Assembly (NCBI GenBank): GCA_951406725.2
Contig: OX597825.1
Span: 22,754,001-22,818,000, forward strand
Source: Octopus vulgaris
Lineage: Eukaryota
Reading direction: 5' to 3'
Length of the DNA: 64,000 nucleotides
The notes below the pieces were generated by a model that had not been told where the DNA came from, did not search any database, and saw only the letters and a list, made by a program, of their open reading frames with translations. A program made the position numbers and the translations under genes. Positions within the stretch are counted from its first letter, which is position 1, and each line of letters starts with the position of its first letter. Positions 28,034-41,828 of the stretch are shown piece by piece.

Positions 28034-29303
28034 AAAACTCTACTTTGAAGATATGGAGAACTGATAAAATAAGTTATTGTATTTTAGCATACATTAAGCG
28101 TTATAAACCAACAGTTTATAACGCTTAATTCAGAATCAACCGCGTGTTACTCTGTTCAATCGAGACCATCTGCTTTCCCATCAGTATTTTCCTCTTCAGT
28201 GTTCTCTATAATCTATCAAAACTTTACCAGGTAATTTTGTTTTCCTTCGGGTTGGCCTTCGTTTATTTATTTATTGTGTATCTTTTCTTTCGTTTCAGTC
28301 GTTCTTCTTATCAAATTATCTCAGTCTCCTCTGTTTTCTGTTTGGACGTGCTGTCATATTGTTTAGTGGGAGGATTAATTCTGATTTGTGCTTGCGATTG
28401 AATGAGAAAAAAAGAAAACTACTTCGTGTAGTAATTCAAGTATGAGTATAGAACAACATTTAAAAGGTATCGCATGTTAGTAAGTGTTATATAAAACCTT
28501 AGGAATAAGTGTTCAAGGCAAATAAGATTATTTATAATATCCTTTCGTCTCTTCAACATAATATAATAATTGTTATACAAGAAAACAAAATTCGATATTT
28601 CTTGATGTTTTTTTTTTTCATCTTGTGGAGAATTATAGCCTAAGAGAAAAGTATCATATTTTACGAAATGAGACAACTTCGAAATCAAAATAACTTCATG
28701 GGAATTCAACTGCAGTATATTATACATCAAGTGTTTTCTTTTTTTTTTTTTCTTTCTGAGAAAGCATAACTTATGTGTCAATATCTATTGAAATACCTCT
28801 GAAGATAACAAATAGATTGTTCTAAGGAATCTGAAACCGCTTAATTTTTATTTACTAATAACCGAAACATTCAAAAGAATAAAGTTCGCTTTTAGCCAAT
28901 ATTCGACTTTATATTTAATTTGAATTGATACAAATAAATACCTTTCCACTGACATAGTTTCTCGCAAAACGATAAACAAAATCAGTGATGATTCACAAGA
29001 TAATATAATCTATGACATAATTCTCGTTTAATATATGCGTGAGTACCTGTGTATGTGAGCGCATGTGCGTGTGACAGAAAGCGGAGTTCGTTCTATCTCA
29101 TGGATATCCACAGATTAATATAAAGATTAAAAATCTCATTGGGTGTATTATTTTAATATATAGTAACACCAGTTGTATTAAGACTAAAGGCTAATATATG
29201 TGGTTAGATTTGGATGAAGCTTTTGATAACTCGATTGCTACTACATTGATTTTCGAGACTGTGGCGACAGATTTAGATAAGAAATGTTTGAATATGTATA
29301 TAC

Positions 29304-29458
<155 letters not shown>

Positions 29459-29469
29459 CTGATTATTAT

Positions 29470-30290
29470 AGTGGATGCAGGTTGGTATTTGGGTTCCTTC
29501 AGGGCACGAGAAGGTCCCCTATCAGTGTCTTTTTGCAGAATAATGTTTGGCTGCGTATATTGCTGTAACTATATCTGAGCTTGTGAAAGTTATATCGGAG
29601 ATGATATATGTAGGCTTGACTTCATTGCAATAGTGTGATCACTGAAGATAAGAAAATATTATTTCTGCATGACCTCTACCATTTCTTTAAGATCGTGGTG
29701 GAAAATCCTGTTTGTATCAAAACAAAAGAAATAGATCCTCTATTTTTTGACAAACGAACCGAGGAAGTTTATGTTGTGCTTCAATTCTTTTTAATAACCT
29801 AATCTGCCTCAGCAATTATTTCGCTGTAAATTTATGTTTTGGTGTCCTTCAGTACATGATATTTTTTTCAGAACGAGCATTCTTATAACGGTCGATTGTG
29901 TTGTGAAAACTGTCGATGCTATTGGTTTCATCGATTTAATTTTTTGAAAATTATTTCGATTTTGTTGGCGAGTGGATTTTTTCTCTCTCAGTAGTCTAAT
30001 TTTCTTTCTGCTTATGAGATTGGTGGAGCGTGTTTTGAGAGTGTAAGCGGTGACAATATTTTTGAACCTATGTCAAGTTGCATTACAGTCAGAGGAAGTT
30101 TGAGTGAACGACTAGTCGTTAAGCGACAGATCTTGTTTAATTTCTCACCAGTCGAGTTTATGAAGATTGATGCTGTCAAAAAATATGTGCACTGAGGTGA
30201 GAGTGATTGGACCGGCTTTGACATGGTAGAAACTAATATTGAAAAATATCATGCCATTTGCAGGAAGAAGAGTTTCGTAAATTTAAATGT
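29470..30290 (-). mobile_element. Highly decayed CR1/Jockey-like LINE ORF2 fragment
   Basis: Minus-strand [16 protein letters not shown]...SA / [18 protein letters not shown] resembles the pre-RT 'SAPGPDG...LKEC' region; many stops. Confidence 0.4.
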
Positions 30291-30306
30291 TATGGGGGAA
30301 CTATAC

Positions 30307-30350
<44 letters not shown>

Positions 30351-30417
30351 GTGAGGGAATATTATTCCAAACTTACAGGGAGAAATTCAATTTAGAAATA
30401 CTAAATCAAATTTCACA

Positions 30418-30488
<71 letters not shown>

Positions 30489-30492
30489 TATG

Positions 30493-30797
30493 TAAATTAG
30501 AAAAAGCCACCTTTTATGAATTCAATAATGAAAAATTAAATTATACCATTTAGAAAAATTACATAAAATTATAAGATAAAACATATAACAATGATTAAAT
30601 ATTAACAAATATATGTGTTTTATTAACAATATTAACAACATTGAATATTAACAAATATATACTTATTATTTTGCACGTTAATTAATCATTGTTATATGAT
30701 TTATCTTATATTTAATCTTTCTATATGTAATTTTTCTAAATGTTATAACTTTATTTTTCATTATTGAATTGATAAAAGGTGTTTTTTTCTAATTTAT
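30493..30797. repeat. Imperfect AT-rich fold-back (arms ~30493-30600 / 30680-30797) flanked by (TA)n
   Basis: TAAATTAGAAAAAGCCACCTTTTATGAATTCAATAATGAAAAAT vs ATTTTTCATTATTGAATTGATAAAAGGTGTTTTTTTCTAATTTA. Confidence 0.75.
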
Positions 30798-30867
30798 ATA
30801 TATATATATAGAGAGAGAGAGAGGGAGATCGAGATAGAGAGAGAGAGAGAGGGAGAGAGAGAGAGAG

Positions 30868-31084
30868 AGAAATACAATAAGAGGCTTCCAAATAGGAAAG
30901 CGTTGTGCTAGAAAGAGCAGTAGAAATCTCAAAACCACAAGAAAAAGGATAAATTAGTTGAGATGGTATACGTTTTTAATTTTCATTCCTTTCGAGAATT
31001 TATCCTTTTTCTTGTGGTGTTGAGATTTCTACTGCTCTTTCTAGCACAACGCTTTCCTATTTGGAAGCCGCTTATTGTATTTCT
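30868..31084. repeat. Fold-back element (arms 30868-30955 / 30997-31084) plus tail to ~31175
   Basis: ~88-bp near-perfect inverted arms containing TAGAAAGAGCAGTA. Confidence 0.8.
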
Positions 31085-31878
31085 ATATGAATAATATATA
31101 GTCTAATGACTAATTCGTTTTTTGTGCTAGGCCACTGGTAATGATAATTTATTATTGCCCTGTGTATTATATAAATATAGCGAATCTATGTTGTGGAACA
31201 AATAAACTTATAGATCAGTTCAAATATGTTTGGAACTATTTCACTAGTAAACAGACTTGTACCTTAGCTGCATTTCAAGATCCAAGCCTACGTTAGCATT
31301 GAATACGAAGTGAGATAAGCCTGAAATGACTATTTTCAGACATACTTTCCTAATAACGAATACGCAGAAAATATTTACTGTTTGCAATCAACAGCCAGGC
31401 TCATACAAATTATAGTAGGCTGGCATATCCCGAGAGACCACTGCTGGGACGATACCACAAAATAGAAAAAAGAAAAGCCGTTAGAAAACCGATTATAGCA
31501 GCGACTCCATCTCAGAATATCTGAAGAAATATATAAATATATATATTTCTATGTATGTTGTATGTGTGTATATATAATGTTTGGCTTCACTAATAATATA
31601 TTATAATTAATCATCAAATATTATTTTAAATATAACAGATGCAGCTGAAAATTACTAATATGCAAACACGTCCATAACATTGTAAATGTTAAAATGTAAA
31701 GTGGTAGCTTTATGTACAAGTGATAATTATAACAAACTATTGGTTCCCGAGTGCTAATTATGTTGTACTGATATGAAATAAAAATTAAAAGAAAATATAT
31801 AATTTCCATTTCTTAACCGATAACTTTTTCAAAAATGGTCGAGTAAAAACGCAAAGTATTTTTCATATAAGATCATAT

Positions 31879-32310
<432 letters not shown>

Positions 32311-32311
32311 G

Positions 32312-32366
<55 letters not shown>

Positions 32367-32789
32367 AGAGAGAGAGGACGAATATATATACATGTATATA
32401 ATGATTCTGCCATCTCGCCACCTTAATAATAAACCTGTGTACTAAAAGCCTGAAATTTTAGGGGAGTAATTGACTGGTACCTAATTTATCGACCTCGAAA
32501 ATATGAAGGGTAAACACGCACACGCATATACACACACGTCGTTATAAGGATTTAGAAACTTGGAAATATATCTATTTGTAGCGGTTGAACTCAAACGGGA
32601 TAAATCTATAAATGATACCGTGTAAACATTTGTTCAAAAAGAAAAACTTCGATGACAAACCTCAAATGACGCTCGTAGGGTTCGCATGCACATCGCTTGT
32701 AAACATGATAATAACAGAACATCTGTCATCTTAGCTGAAGAAGTGGATACGTGTCTCAACGGTCGCCTTCGACTTTTTTGCATGCAATG

Positions 32790-33185
32790 TTACTCTTTTT
32801 TACTCTTTTACTTGTTTCAGTCATTTGACTGTGGCCATGCTGGAGCACCACATTTTAGTCGAGCTAATCGACCCCAAGACTTATTCTTTGTAAGCCTAGT
32901 ACTTATTCCATCGCTCTCTTATGCCGAACCGCTAGGTTACGGGGACGTAAACACACCAGCATCGGTTGTCAAACTATGTTGGGGGGACAAACAAAGACAC
33001 ACAAACATATGCTCACACACATGCATATATATATATACATATATACGACGGGCTTCTTTCAATTTCCGCCTACCAAATCCACTCACAAGGCTTTGGTCGG
33101 CCCGAGGTTATAGTAGAAGACACTTGCCCAAGGTGCCACGCAGTGGGACTGAACCCGGAACCATGCGGTTCGTAAGCAAGCTACG
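32790..33185 (-). mobile_element. SINE family A, nearly full length
   Basis: Reverse complement of 54190-54585. Confidence 0.85.
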
Positions 33186-34187
33186 TACCGATTTATTTAT
33201 TTATTTATTTATTTATTTTACAATATTTACGCAGAATTAATTATAGCTTATCTATTTCGAGCTGCTCCATTAAAAGACATATGTGTGTGTTTGTGTGGGT
33301 GAGCCATTTTGTTAACGTAGCCATCCCTGAGTCCAGATATATCATTTATTGCAAAGAAGCAATTCAAAAATTCAAACAAACGTATCTCTTTGATAAGACT
33401 CACTCGTCGTGCACAATTCTTTTGCTGGTATTTTGATGTCTCGCAAGATCATTTACGGCCTACAGTGAAGCAGTTGAATTTTCTCATGTCATTTGTATTA
33501 ATCTTGAACATAAAACATGTTCATGAAGGTTCAAAGCGAGATAAAATGATGTTGCATTCGGTATACACTGAGAAAGTCTTGTGAAGATTTCAGCCGTAAA
33601 CAATTATTAATGAAACAGGAGTAAAAAAAATCTCAAAAAAAAATTTTAATAGTAAAAATGATAGACGCATAAAGGAATATGGTAGACGCATTAAGAAATA
33701 TTTGGCGAGATAGGAAATGGAAGAAATTAAGAAAATGAGATTGCAATGAAGAAAACAGGACGAAAAAATAAAAACAATGAAACCAAAATCTAATGGGATA
33801 ATTTCAAATAATTACCAAAAATGTCTTGAGATTTGAAGGGAAACCAACAAAGAAAAAATTGAATCGGTTTCATATATGTAGGTATGAGTGTTTGAGCGCG
33901 TTGGCGTGGGTGAGTGTATTGAAAAAATAATGCATATCACAGTCATTTGATGTTTTTCAATATTCTGATTTATTTTAGATTGTCTGCTACAAGTTATTTA
34001 AGTTGTTTGTCTACTTTTTTTTTATATATATTTCCTTTGAAATTAACGAAGAATAACCATGCAAATATTTGGCCTGACTTATTATTATTTAGATTTTATG
34101 AGTTGTTGCTTTTAAAGCAAAACTCTCTAACGATCTATCTATTTATCTTTCTGTCTCTCTCTCTCTGTCTCTCTCTCTCTCTCTCTG

Positions 34188-34289
<102 letters not shown>

Positions 34290-34960
34290 CATATAAGTAT
34301 ACATACATATACTTGCATGTGTAAGCACACACTTTTCATGTAGTCATGGTTCCATACTAAAAATTACTTTTCATGAGCATGCGATCACAGGTTCGATCCC
34401 ATTTATGATACATCGACAAGTACATATACTATAGACAGTGATGCATCTGCAGCTTTTAAGAGATACTGGGTTAAAGCAAGCTATGTAGAAGCACTTCGGA
34501 ATGGCTGTGCATGTAATTGAAAGTTTTACATTGTTTTCGTGTTGCTATTACGTAAAATGTAAAACCTTCTGCAGGTCCTCTTGTCCTTTGTTAATTTTAC
34601 GATTCGTTTATTTGAATTTGATTGTTTATTTGAACTAAATATACATACACACATGCATATATAATACATACATACATTTAAATACACATACACACACAAA
34701 CACACACACTCACACACGCATATATATATATGTATGTGTGTGTGTGTGTTTGTGTGTCTGTATTTGTCCCTACCATCACTTAACAACCTATGTTGGCGCG
34801 TTTACGTTTGGCAAAAGAAACCGATAGAGTGAGTACTAGGCTTATACAAAGAATAAGGGCGGTGTTCTTCGGCTAATGAAGTAGGTTCTATGGACTAAAA
34901 ACCCTTTAAGCATGCCTACAATCGAATACTTGAAACAAGTAAAGTAATTTAAGAATCAAA

Positions 34961-35025
<65 letters not shown>

Positions 35026-35093
35026 CATAAAAATAATCGTTGTATGTATGTATGTGTGCCGGTGACGCCTATTGAGACAGAAACATGTAGTAT

Positions 35094-35304
35094 TTTTATT
35101 TCTCCATGTAAAAGCTGCGTTTTTTTTTTTTTGTAGTCATATCAATTTTATAGAGTATTTGATTCCTAAGATTATCTCCCCTTCCTTATCCGCTCGTAGC
35201 TAATATGGCTTCCATAAAGTAAAACAATTATCTTCTACATTTCAATATATATATATTTATTCATCATTCTTGACTATGTTTATGCCACTGCTCACACTAT
35301 ATTA
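35094..35304 (+). repeat. Left arm of ~205-bp inverted repeat (partner 38927-39128)
   Basis: TTTTATTTCTCCATGTAAAAGCTGCG...CTTCCTTATCCGCTCGTAGC...GCTCACACTATATTA. Confidence 0.9.
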
Positions 35305-35409
35305 TTTCTGTAAGCTCAAACATGTGGGTGTGTGTGTATGCGTGTGCGTGTATGTGTTTCTGTGTGATTGGCGTGTATTACATGAATGTGTATTTGTGGC
35401 TACTTTGCT

Positions 35410-35815
35410 CTTCTACTCTTTTGTTTCAGTCATTTGACTGTGGCCATGCTGGAGCACCGCCTTTAGTCGAGCAAATCGACCCCAGGACTTATTCTTTGTA
35501 AGCCTAGTACTTATTCTATCGGGTCTTTTGCTGAACCACTAAGTTACGGTGACGTAAACACACCAGCATCGGTTGTCAAGCGATGTTTGGGGGACAAACA
35601 CAGACACACAAACATATGCACACACACATATATATATATATACATATATACGACAGGCCTCTTTCAGTTACCGTCTACCAAATCCACTCACAAGGATTTG
35701 GTCGGCCCGAGGCTATAGTAGAAGACACTTGCCCAAGGAGCCACGCAGTGAGACTGAACCCAGAACCATGTGGTTGGTAAACAAGCTACTTACCACACAG
35801 TCATTCCTACGGCTA
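35410..35815 (-). mobile_element. SINE family A, full length
   Basis: Reverse complement of 54190-54585. Confidence 0.85.
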
Positions 35816-36447
35816 TGTAATTATATATATATCTATACGAGTAGTTGCAGCTGATTGAAAGAAAATATGTTTCCTCATCATGAAGAGAGAAATACATTCT
35901 TTAAAGTAATTTTAATTCAATTCACACTTAAGTAGCTTTTAGACTTATACAAACAATAGTTTTATATCAAACGTGTTTACAGAAGGTTACGTATCTACAT
36001 ATCTCAATTGACCTTCCTATTTCCGTGAAATTGGGCAATACATCAATATTTAATTGCATGCTACGTGGCGATTGCTTCCAAAAAGACACAGATTGCAAAT
36101 AAGTAATTGTCGATTTATAAGAACATATATATATTCGATCTTTTGTCTAATGATACTGTTAACATAGAACTATTTACCATCTTAATGTTGTGACTGGTGA
36201 CAGAATTTGTACAACGTGCTACATTTTACTTCAAGTCTATATAAATGTTTACACACCTCATAATGATAGACACATTTCTCTACTATGTTGTATGTCTCTT
36301 TTCGATGCTCGGATTGTAATAATATTTGTTTAGTGGTTATTATTGTGTGAGTTTGTGACTGTTCATTATGATTGTATCTGTCGCTAGAGCTCTCCCCGCC
36401 ACTCTGTCTCCCTCTATCTTACACACGCGTCCACGCACACAAGGGTA

Positions 36448-36660
36448 TACGAGGGGTTTGCTGAAAACTTACTGGCTTCGAATAAAAGAAAATAGTGGAG
36501 TATTAGTTAATTATGATTTTATTCAACATATTCCCATTCTCAGATTCCCACACTTATTGCAGCTATCCTTCAGTTTTTTTAAGAACTCTAAAATAACTCG
36601 GAAGGTTGGGCCTCCAAACAGGCATTTCCCGATAACCTTAAAGCCAGGAACCTTTCAGCA
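36448..36660. mobile_element. Mariner-type MITE
   Basis: TACGAGGGGTTTGCTGAAAACTTACTGGCTT / AAGCCAGGAACCTTTCAGCA (right TIR truncated). A TACGAGGG start is typical of mariner TIRs. Confidence 0.7.
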
Positions 36661-36929
36661 TTAATTGTGCGCGTACACACACTTACGTGCATTGGTACTG
36701 GCAATAAAGAAATGTAGTAAGTTTTCCAGACATTTCTGTCTTCATGCGGTTGGAGACAAAAGACACGTTACTCGGTTTTCATGGCGTATAATTAATGGAC
36801 ACCACTATCACTCTGATGAACGCGACGTCTGTCCGTTTGAGTGTTACACATTTATAGCTGAGTGGAGTGGAGCAATGTGAAATGAAGTGCTTTACTCAAG
36901 AACACCACGATAGTGCGGCCATGAATGGT

Positions 36930-37157
36930 AAGGCGGCGAGCTGGCAGAAACGTTAGCACGCCGGGCGAAATGCTTAGCATTATTTCGTCTGCCGTTACGT
37001 TCTGAGTTCAAATTCCGCCGAGGTCGACTTTGCCTTTCATCCCTTCGGGGTCAATTAAATAATTACCAGTTACGCACTTATAATCGATTTAATCTGTTTG
37101 TCTGTCCTCATTTGTCCCCTCTGAGTTTAGTGCCTTGTGGGTAGTAAAGAAATAGGT
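36930..37157 (+). mobile_element. SINE family B, full length
   Basis: AAGGCGGCGAGCTGGCAGAAACGTTAGCACGCCGG...GAGTTCAAATTCCGCCGAGGTCGAC...GTAGTAAAGAAATAGG. Confidence 0.85.
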
Positions 37158-37172
37158 ACGCCATGATCACTG

Positions 37173-37244
37173 GCCCACGCATGTTCGCCCACGCATATTC
37201 GCCCACGCATGTTCGCCCACGCATGTTCGCCCACGCATGTTCGC
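37173..37244. repeat. 14-bp minisatellite GCCCACGCATGTTC x5
   Basis: Five units, one carrying a G>A change. Confidence 0.9.
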
Positions 37245-38926
37245 GTTATGACAAATAAGCGTAAATACAAAAACGAAGGTGAGAATCGTGGAGGAACTGG
37301 ATGAAAGTTTAGCACTTCGCATTTTCTGTTTCCAGTGCGTTGTAGCCATGACTAAAGCTGTCATTCCTAAATGAGCAGACCTATATATACACAAAAGAAT
37401 TCCAGCTGCATCCTGAATGATACCATAGATAAAACAATGGCCTTCTTTATATAGATAATTATGGTCTGATGAAAATTTGTTTGCAATTCCTAGCAAACTG
37501 AGCGATATTAATGATGCTTGTGTAGAGATTCAGATATCAGATACATGCATCATGTATATTGTATATATGATTGTATAAAGAAAATAGCTGACGGCCTTGA
37601 TAATTCTATCATCTTCTTGACGCAAGCAACATCTCAACATACAACCAGAACACATTGAGATTACATAGGAAATGTTTACGTAATTTCATTCCATGTATTA
37701 CCGTTTGTATATTACGATAGCATATACATAAATACGATAGCATATACATAAATACATACACGAATGAATACAAATAAATTTATGTAATGTCGAATGTGCA
37801 GTTTGTTCTTACACCATGCAGGAATCTTTTTTTCCAGTCGAAAGAAATGTCTTGGCAGGATTTATTTCTACGATTACATTATAAAGCAAATACAAGCTCT
37901 CCAGGCAAAAGATGTTAAAATAGTCGTCTATAAATAAACAGAAAACATTCGCGCAATGCAATTAATTATATTAATTGCAATTTCTATGAAACATTTGTGA
38001 AAATGTCAAGCATATTACACAGATAAAGGAGCATTGTTTCTTTCTATTTCATGTTGAAACATACATGAGAATGTGTTTTTCTTAATGTTTCTTTGTTTCT
38101 TCGTTCCTTTATAGAACAATATTAATAATGATTCAGTGTGTTCGCTGTTCAGTAAAAAACAAATTCCAAAGAGCAATGAGAGAAGACAGCGACGATTTCG
38201 ATTTCCTGTTTTCCTTAACTAACTTCCAAGCATCAGCGCCAGCGGTGCCGTGTTGTAAGAAACTTGCTTCTCAACCAAATATTCGCAACTTGGTTTCCAT
38301 TGCACTGCACCTTGGGCAAATGTTATCTAATATAGCTCATAGTAAACCAGAGATTTTTGAGTCGCTTGGCAGAAGAAAAATGAAAGAATCCCATCATATG
38401 CGTGTGTGTTTGTGTCTATACATCTAAGCGCGTTTCTGTTTGTATTTGTCCATCACCACCTCTTGCAAACTGATGCTGGTTGGTAACTTTGCGATTCGGC
38501 AAAAAGAAACCGATAAAATACTGCAAGGCTTAAATATAAATACCGAGTCCGATTTGTAAGACTAAACCCTTCCAGACGGTTCTTCAGCATGGTCACAATC
38601 CGAAGATTGACAAAAGTAAAATATAACCTTTCGTTAAAAAAAAAAAAACATCGAAATTCACGAAAAAGAACAGAACCATGTTAATGGGCGAAATAAATTC
38701 TCTGTGCGGAGAACAAATAAAACTAAGACAGTAAAGTGGTTATTTACACAATGCTAAAGTAAATCTCATGGGTAATTAACGGTTATTTTTCTACACTCTG
38801 AATTTAAATGTTTTCAAGAGCAACCTTGGTTTCCAAACCTCTAAGACACCTATCACAGGTATCAGTTTTATTCCATTGTCCAATAAATACCTTAAACTAA
38901 TTTCTTACAATTGTGTCTCATCGTCC

Positions 38927-39128
38927 TAATGTAGTGTGAACAGTGGCATAAATATAGTCAAGAATGATGAATAAATATATATTGAAATATAGAAGATAAT
39001 TGTTTTACTTTATGGAAGCTATATTAGCTACGAGCGGATAAGGAAGGGGAGATAATCTTAGGAATCAAATACTCTATAAAATTGATATGACTACAAAAAA
39101 AACGCAGCTTTTACATGGAGAAATAAAA
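38927..39128 (-). repeat. Right arm of ~205-bp inverted repeat (partner 35094-35304)
   Basis: Reverse complement match with only a few substitutions and differences in homopolymer/TA length. Confidence 0.9.
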
Positions 39129-39382
39129 GTATATGCTTCTATTTTCCTCGAAATTTGGTTATTAAAACATGCTATTTAGTATAAATTTTGTACAACCGTA
39201 TTTAAACACATATCAGTAATTCTTGCCATTATTGATATTGCTCTTTAGACACGTATTTTCCATAAGGAGAACAGAGATCTTCGCAGAGATATTTGCCTCC
39301 AAGCTTACTTTTAACAGTTATTTACGCATAATCACTATGTAAATATTGCCGTACGGCAGAATACACACAAACACACACACTT

Positions 39383-39727
39383 GTATGTATGTATGTATGT
39401 ATGTATGTATGTATGTATGTATGTATGTATGTATGTATGTATGTATGTATGTATGTATGTATGTATGTATGTATGTATGTATGTATGTATGTATGTATGT
39501 ATGTATGTATGTATGTATGTATGTATATATGTTTGTATGTATGTATGTATGTATGTATATATGTATGTTTGTATGTATGTATGTATGTATGTATGTTTGT
39601 ATGTATGTATGTGTGTATGTATGTATGTATGTATGTATGCATGTATGTATGTATGTATGTATGTATGTATGTTTGTATGTATGTATGTATGTATGTATGT
39701 ATGTATGTATGTATGTATGTATGTATG
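39383..39727. repeat. (TATG)n microsatellite
   Basis: Direct reading of the sequence. Confidence 0.95.
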
Positions 39728-40010
39728 TGTGTGTGTGTGATCTCCACAGCTGTACACTTATGGAGGCATAAGACTTAGCGTCTTATATTTAGACGCACCA
39801 GTTGTGACTGTTAAAATTTAATATGAAAAGAGACAGCAATGAGATATTCAGATAGTAAAGTTGTCAGTGTTTACGTGTGTGGCACTTTCTAAATATTTAT
39901 ACACGCGCTTGCATACTAGTTTGTAGATAAAAGCTGTTTTAAAATGTTTTACTACTAGATTTTAACTATGCTTTAAATAAATCCATTTCGTTTCATTTTT
40001 AATATATACA

Positions 40011-40032
40011 TATTTATTTTATCTCGTTTTAG
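40011..40032 (+). promoter_or_regulatory. Probable splice acceptor opening the GPCR exon (5' UTR portion from 40033)
   Basis: T-rich tract TATTTATTTTATCTCGTTTTAG followed by purine-rich non-repetitive sequence leading to the ATG at 40410. Confidence 0.5.
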
Positions 40033-40409
40033 TTACAAGAAAGAAGATAAGCAGAAGACAGAACAGCACAAAACCAGAACCAGAACAGCACGAAGCCAAA
40101 AGCACTGCAAGAGAATTCAAATTTATCACTCGTTCTAACGTATATTAATAGTTATAGAATGATATCAAATGGAATATTAAGGAATTCTTGTTTAAAAACC
40201 AAAAGCAATGGGTTTATATACATTTATAAAAATTTCATCTCTGCAGTCGTGTTTATTCAAAAATATATCGTCTTACCAAGAAATATTGATTATTCCTCAA
40301 TCATCTCGGAATTGTAGAAGTCGTATACAATAAAGTTTTAAAAGTTGTCGATTTTAATAAAATCCCTGTCCCCTCTGACATTTGAAATATAACGAAATCT
40401 TTCTAAACC

Positions 40410-41828
40410 ATGGAACAAAAGTGGAGCACAGACCCTCCCGTTAAAACTACTGACAACATCTCAGAAACATTTCATTCGGCCACAACAGGAGATATTCCTG
40501 AAGATAATACAACTTTACCAGTTATTTGTATGTTGTCTGTATTTAGTGTTGTTGGAACGTTTGGAAATTCGATTGTTCTTCATGTATTCTTACGCCGTAA
40601 AGACAAAGTATCATCGACAATATTCATTTTATCTCTCGCTGGAATCGACTGTATAACATGCTTGATAATCATCCCTTTTACTGTAATCATGGAATACATC
40701 AATTACGGGATACAATACGAAGCTCTTTGTAAGATATACATATTTCTCATAACCTTCAATGTTCCGCTCTCGTCTTTTGTTATGGTGGCCATTGCATTTG
40801 ACCGCTATTTCTGCATTTGTCATTCACTGAGGAACATAATGAATCGCAGAAAAGCCAAAATCATTATAATCGTTCTCATAGTATTTGCAGCATGTCTCGG
40901 AACGATTACAAGTTTAATGCATGCTGTTTACACATTAAAAGAAAACAGAGGAGCTTACTTTAACGATTCCTCTTTTCCAGCAGATTGCTTCATAGATAAC
41001 TCGACCGAACCTTATACTATAGTTTGCAAAGGATATTACGAATATGATTACGAAATAAATGCCTCACCAGATGAACACGGATTGCAGACTACCTCACAGC
41101 AATCATTACGAAACGCTTTCTCTTCTATTATGAATACGACAAAGAATATAATAACATTTACAAACACTGGCACAGATACTACTTTTTACTACACGGGATT
41201 TTGTCAACCTTCGGAAATATTGTTAAGCAGACGATTTCGTTACATTTATCAAAAGATATACGCGTTTCTGTTTCTCGCTGACTTCTGTATAGTTCTAGTG
41301 TTATATGTTCTTATATATCGTTTTCTAGTCACTCGTCGAATTAGGAGACACAAATCACGCTCACTTAGAAGACTGACGAGTTTCAACGCTAATGAGGAGG
41401 AAGCAGATACAACGGAAACCAGATTTCTCGCCGATATGCCACGACCTTCACCAGTAGTAGTCGCGGCAGCAGCTGCTGTCGCTGCGGCTTCCTCTTCATC
41501 GAGTAGCATCAGACGTGTGGCGATGAGGCATAAAGTTCCTCCTAGAGAGCGGTTACTAATGGCCAACGTTCGAACGGCTGCTATGCTATTCGTAGTCACT
41601 GTAGTGTTTATTGTTGTATTCCTTCCAGCATGGCTAACAGCGATGCAATTGCTTCCGGCCAACAAAATTATATTCAACTCATATTTTTTGTACAATGTCG
41701 TCAATCCATTCATATATGCTTTCATGAACCCGATGTTTAAGAAAGAATTGCAGAAAATGTTATCGTTCCGCAAACAGGTGATCAGACCTCGCTGTCTCTG
41801 GTACACTGACGTGCCAGCATCCTGCTGA
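40410..41828 (+). CDS. Class A (rhodopsin-like) 7TM GPCR, 472 aa, single coding exon; probably of the molluscan orphan peptide-receptor-like (CCK/orexin receptor-like) group
   Basis: Seven hydrophobic segments; TM1 GTFGN, TM2 LAGID, TM3 C...AFDRY, TM6 FIVVFLP, TM7 NPFIY and helix 8 F(KKEL). N-terminal N-glycosylation sequons and an ACCATGG start context. Confidence 0.95.
   Translation: MEQKWSTDPPVKTTDNISETFHSATTGDIPEDNTTLPVICMLSVFSVVGTFGNSIVLHVFLRRKDKVSSTIFILSLAGIDCITCLIIIPFTVIMEYINYGIQYEALCKIYIFLITFNVPLSSFVMVAIAFDRYFCICHSLRNIMNRRKAKIIIIVLIVFAACLGTITSLMHAVYTLKENRGAYFNDSSFPADCFIDNSTEPYTIVCKGYYEYDYEINASPDEHGLQTTSQQSLRNAFSSIMNTTKNIITFTNTGTDTTFYYTGFCQPSEILLSRRFRYIYQKIYAFLFLADFCIVLVLYVLIYRFLVTRRIRRHKSRSLRRLTSFNANEEEADTTETRFLADMPRPSPVVVAAAAAVAAASSSSSSIRRVAMRHKVPPRERLLMANVRTAAMLFVVTVVFIVVFLPAWLTAMQLLPANKIIFNSYFLYNVVNPFIYAFMNPMFKKELQKMLSFRKQVIRPRCLWYTDVPASC

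Noticed and set aside
37173-37244. CRISPR-like regular repeat
   Set aside because: The units are contiguous with no spacers, and the context is eukaryotic.
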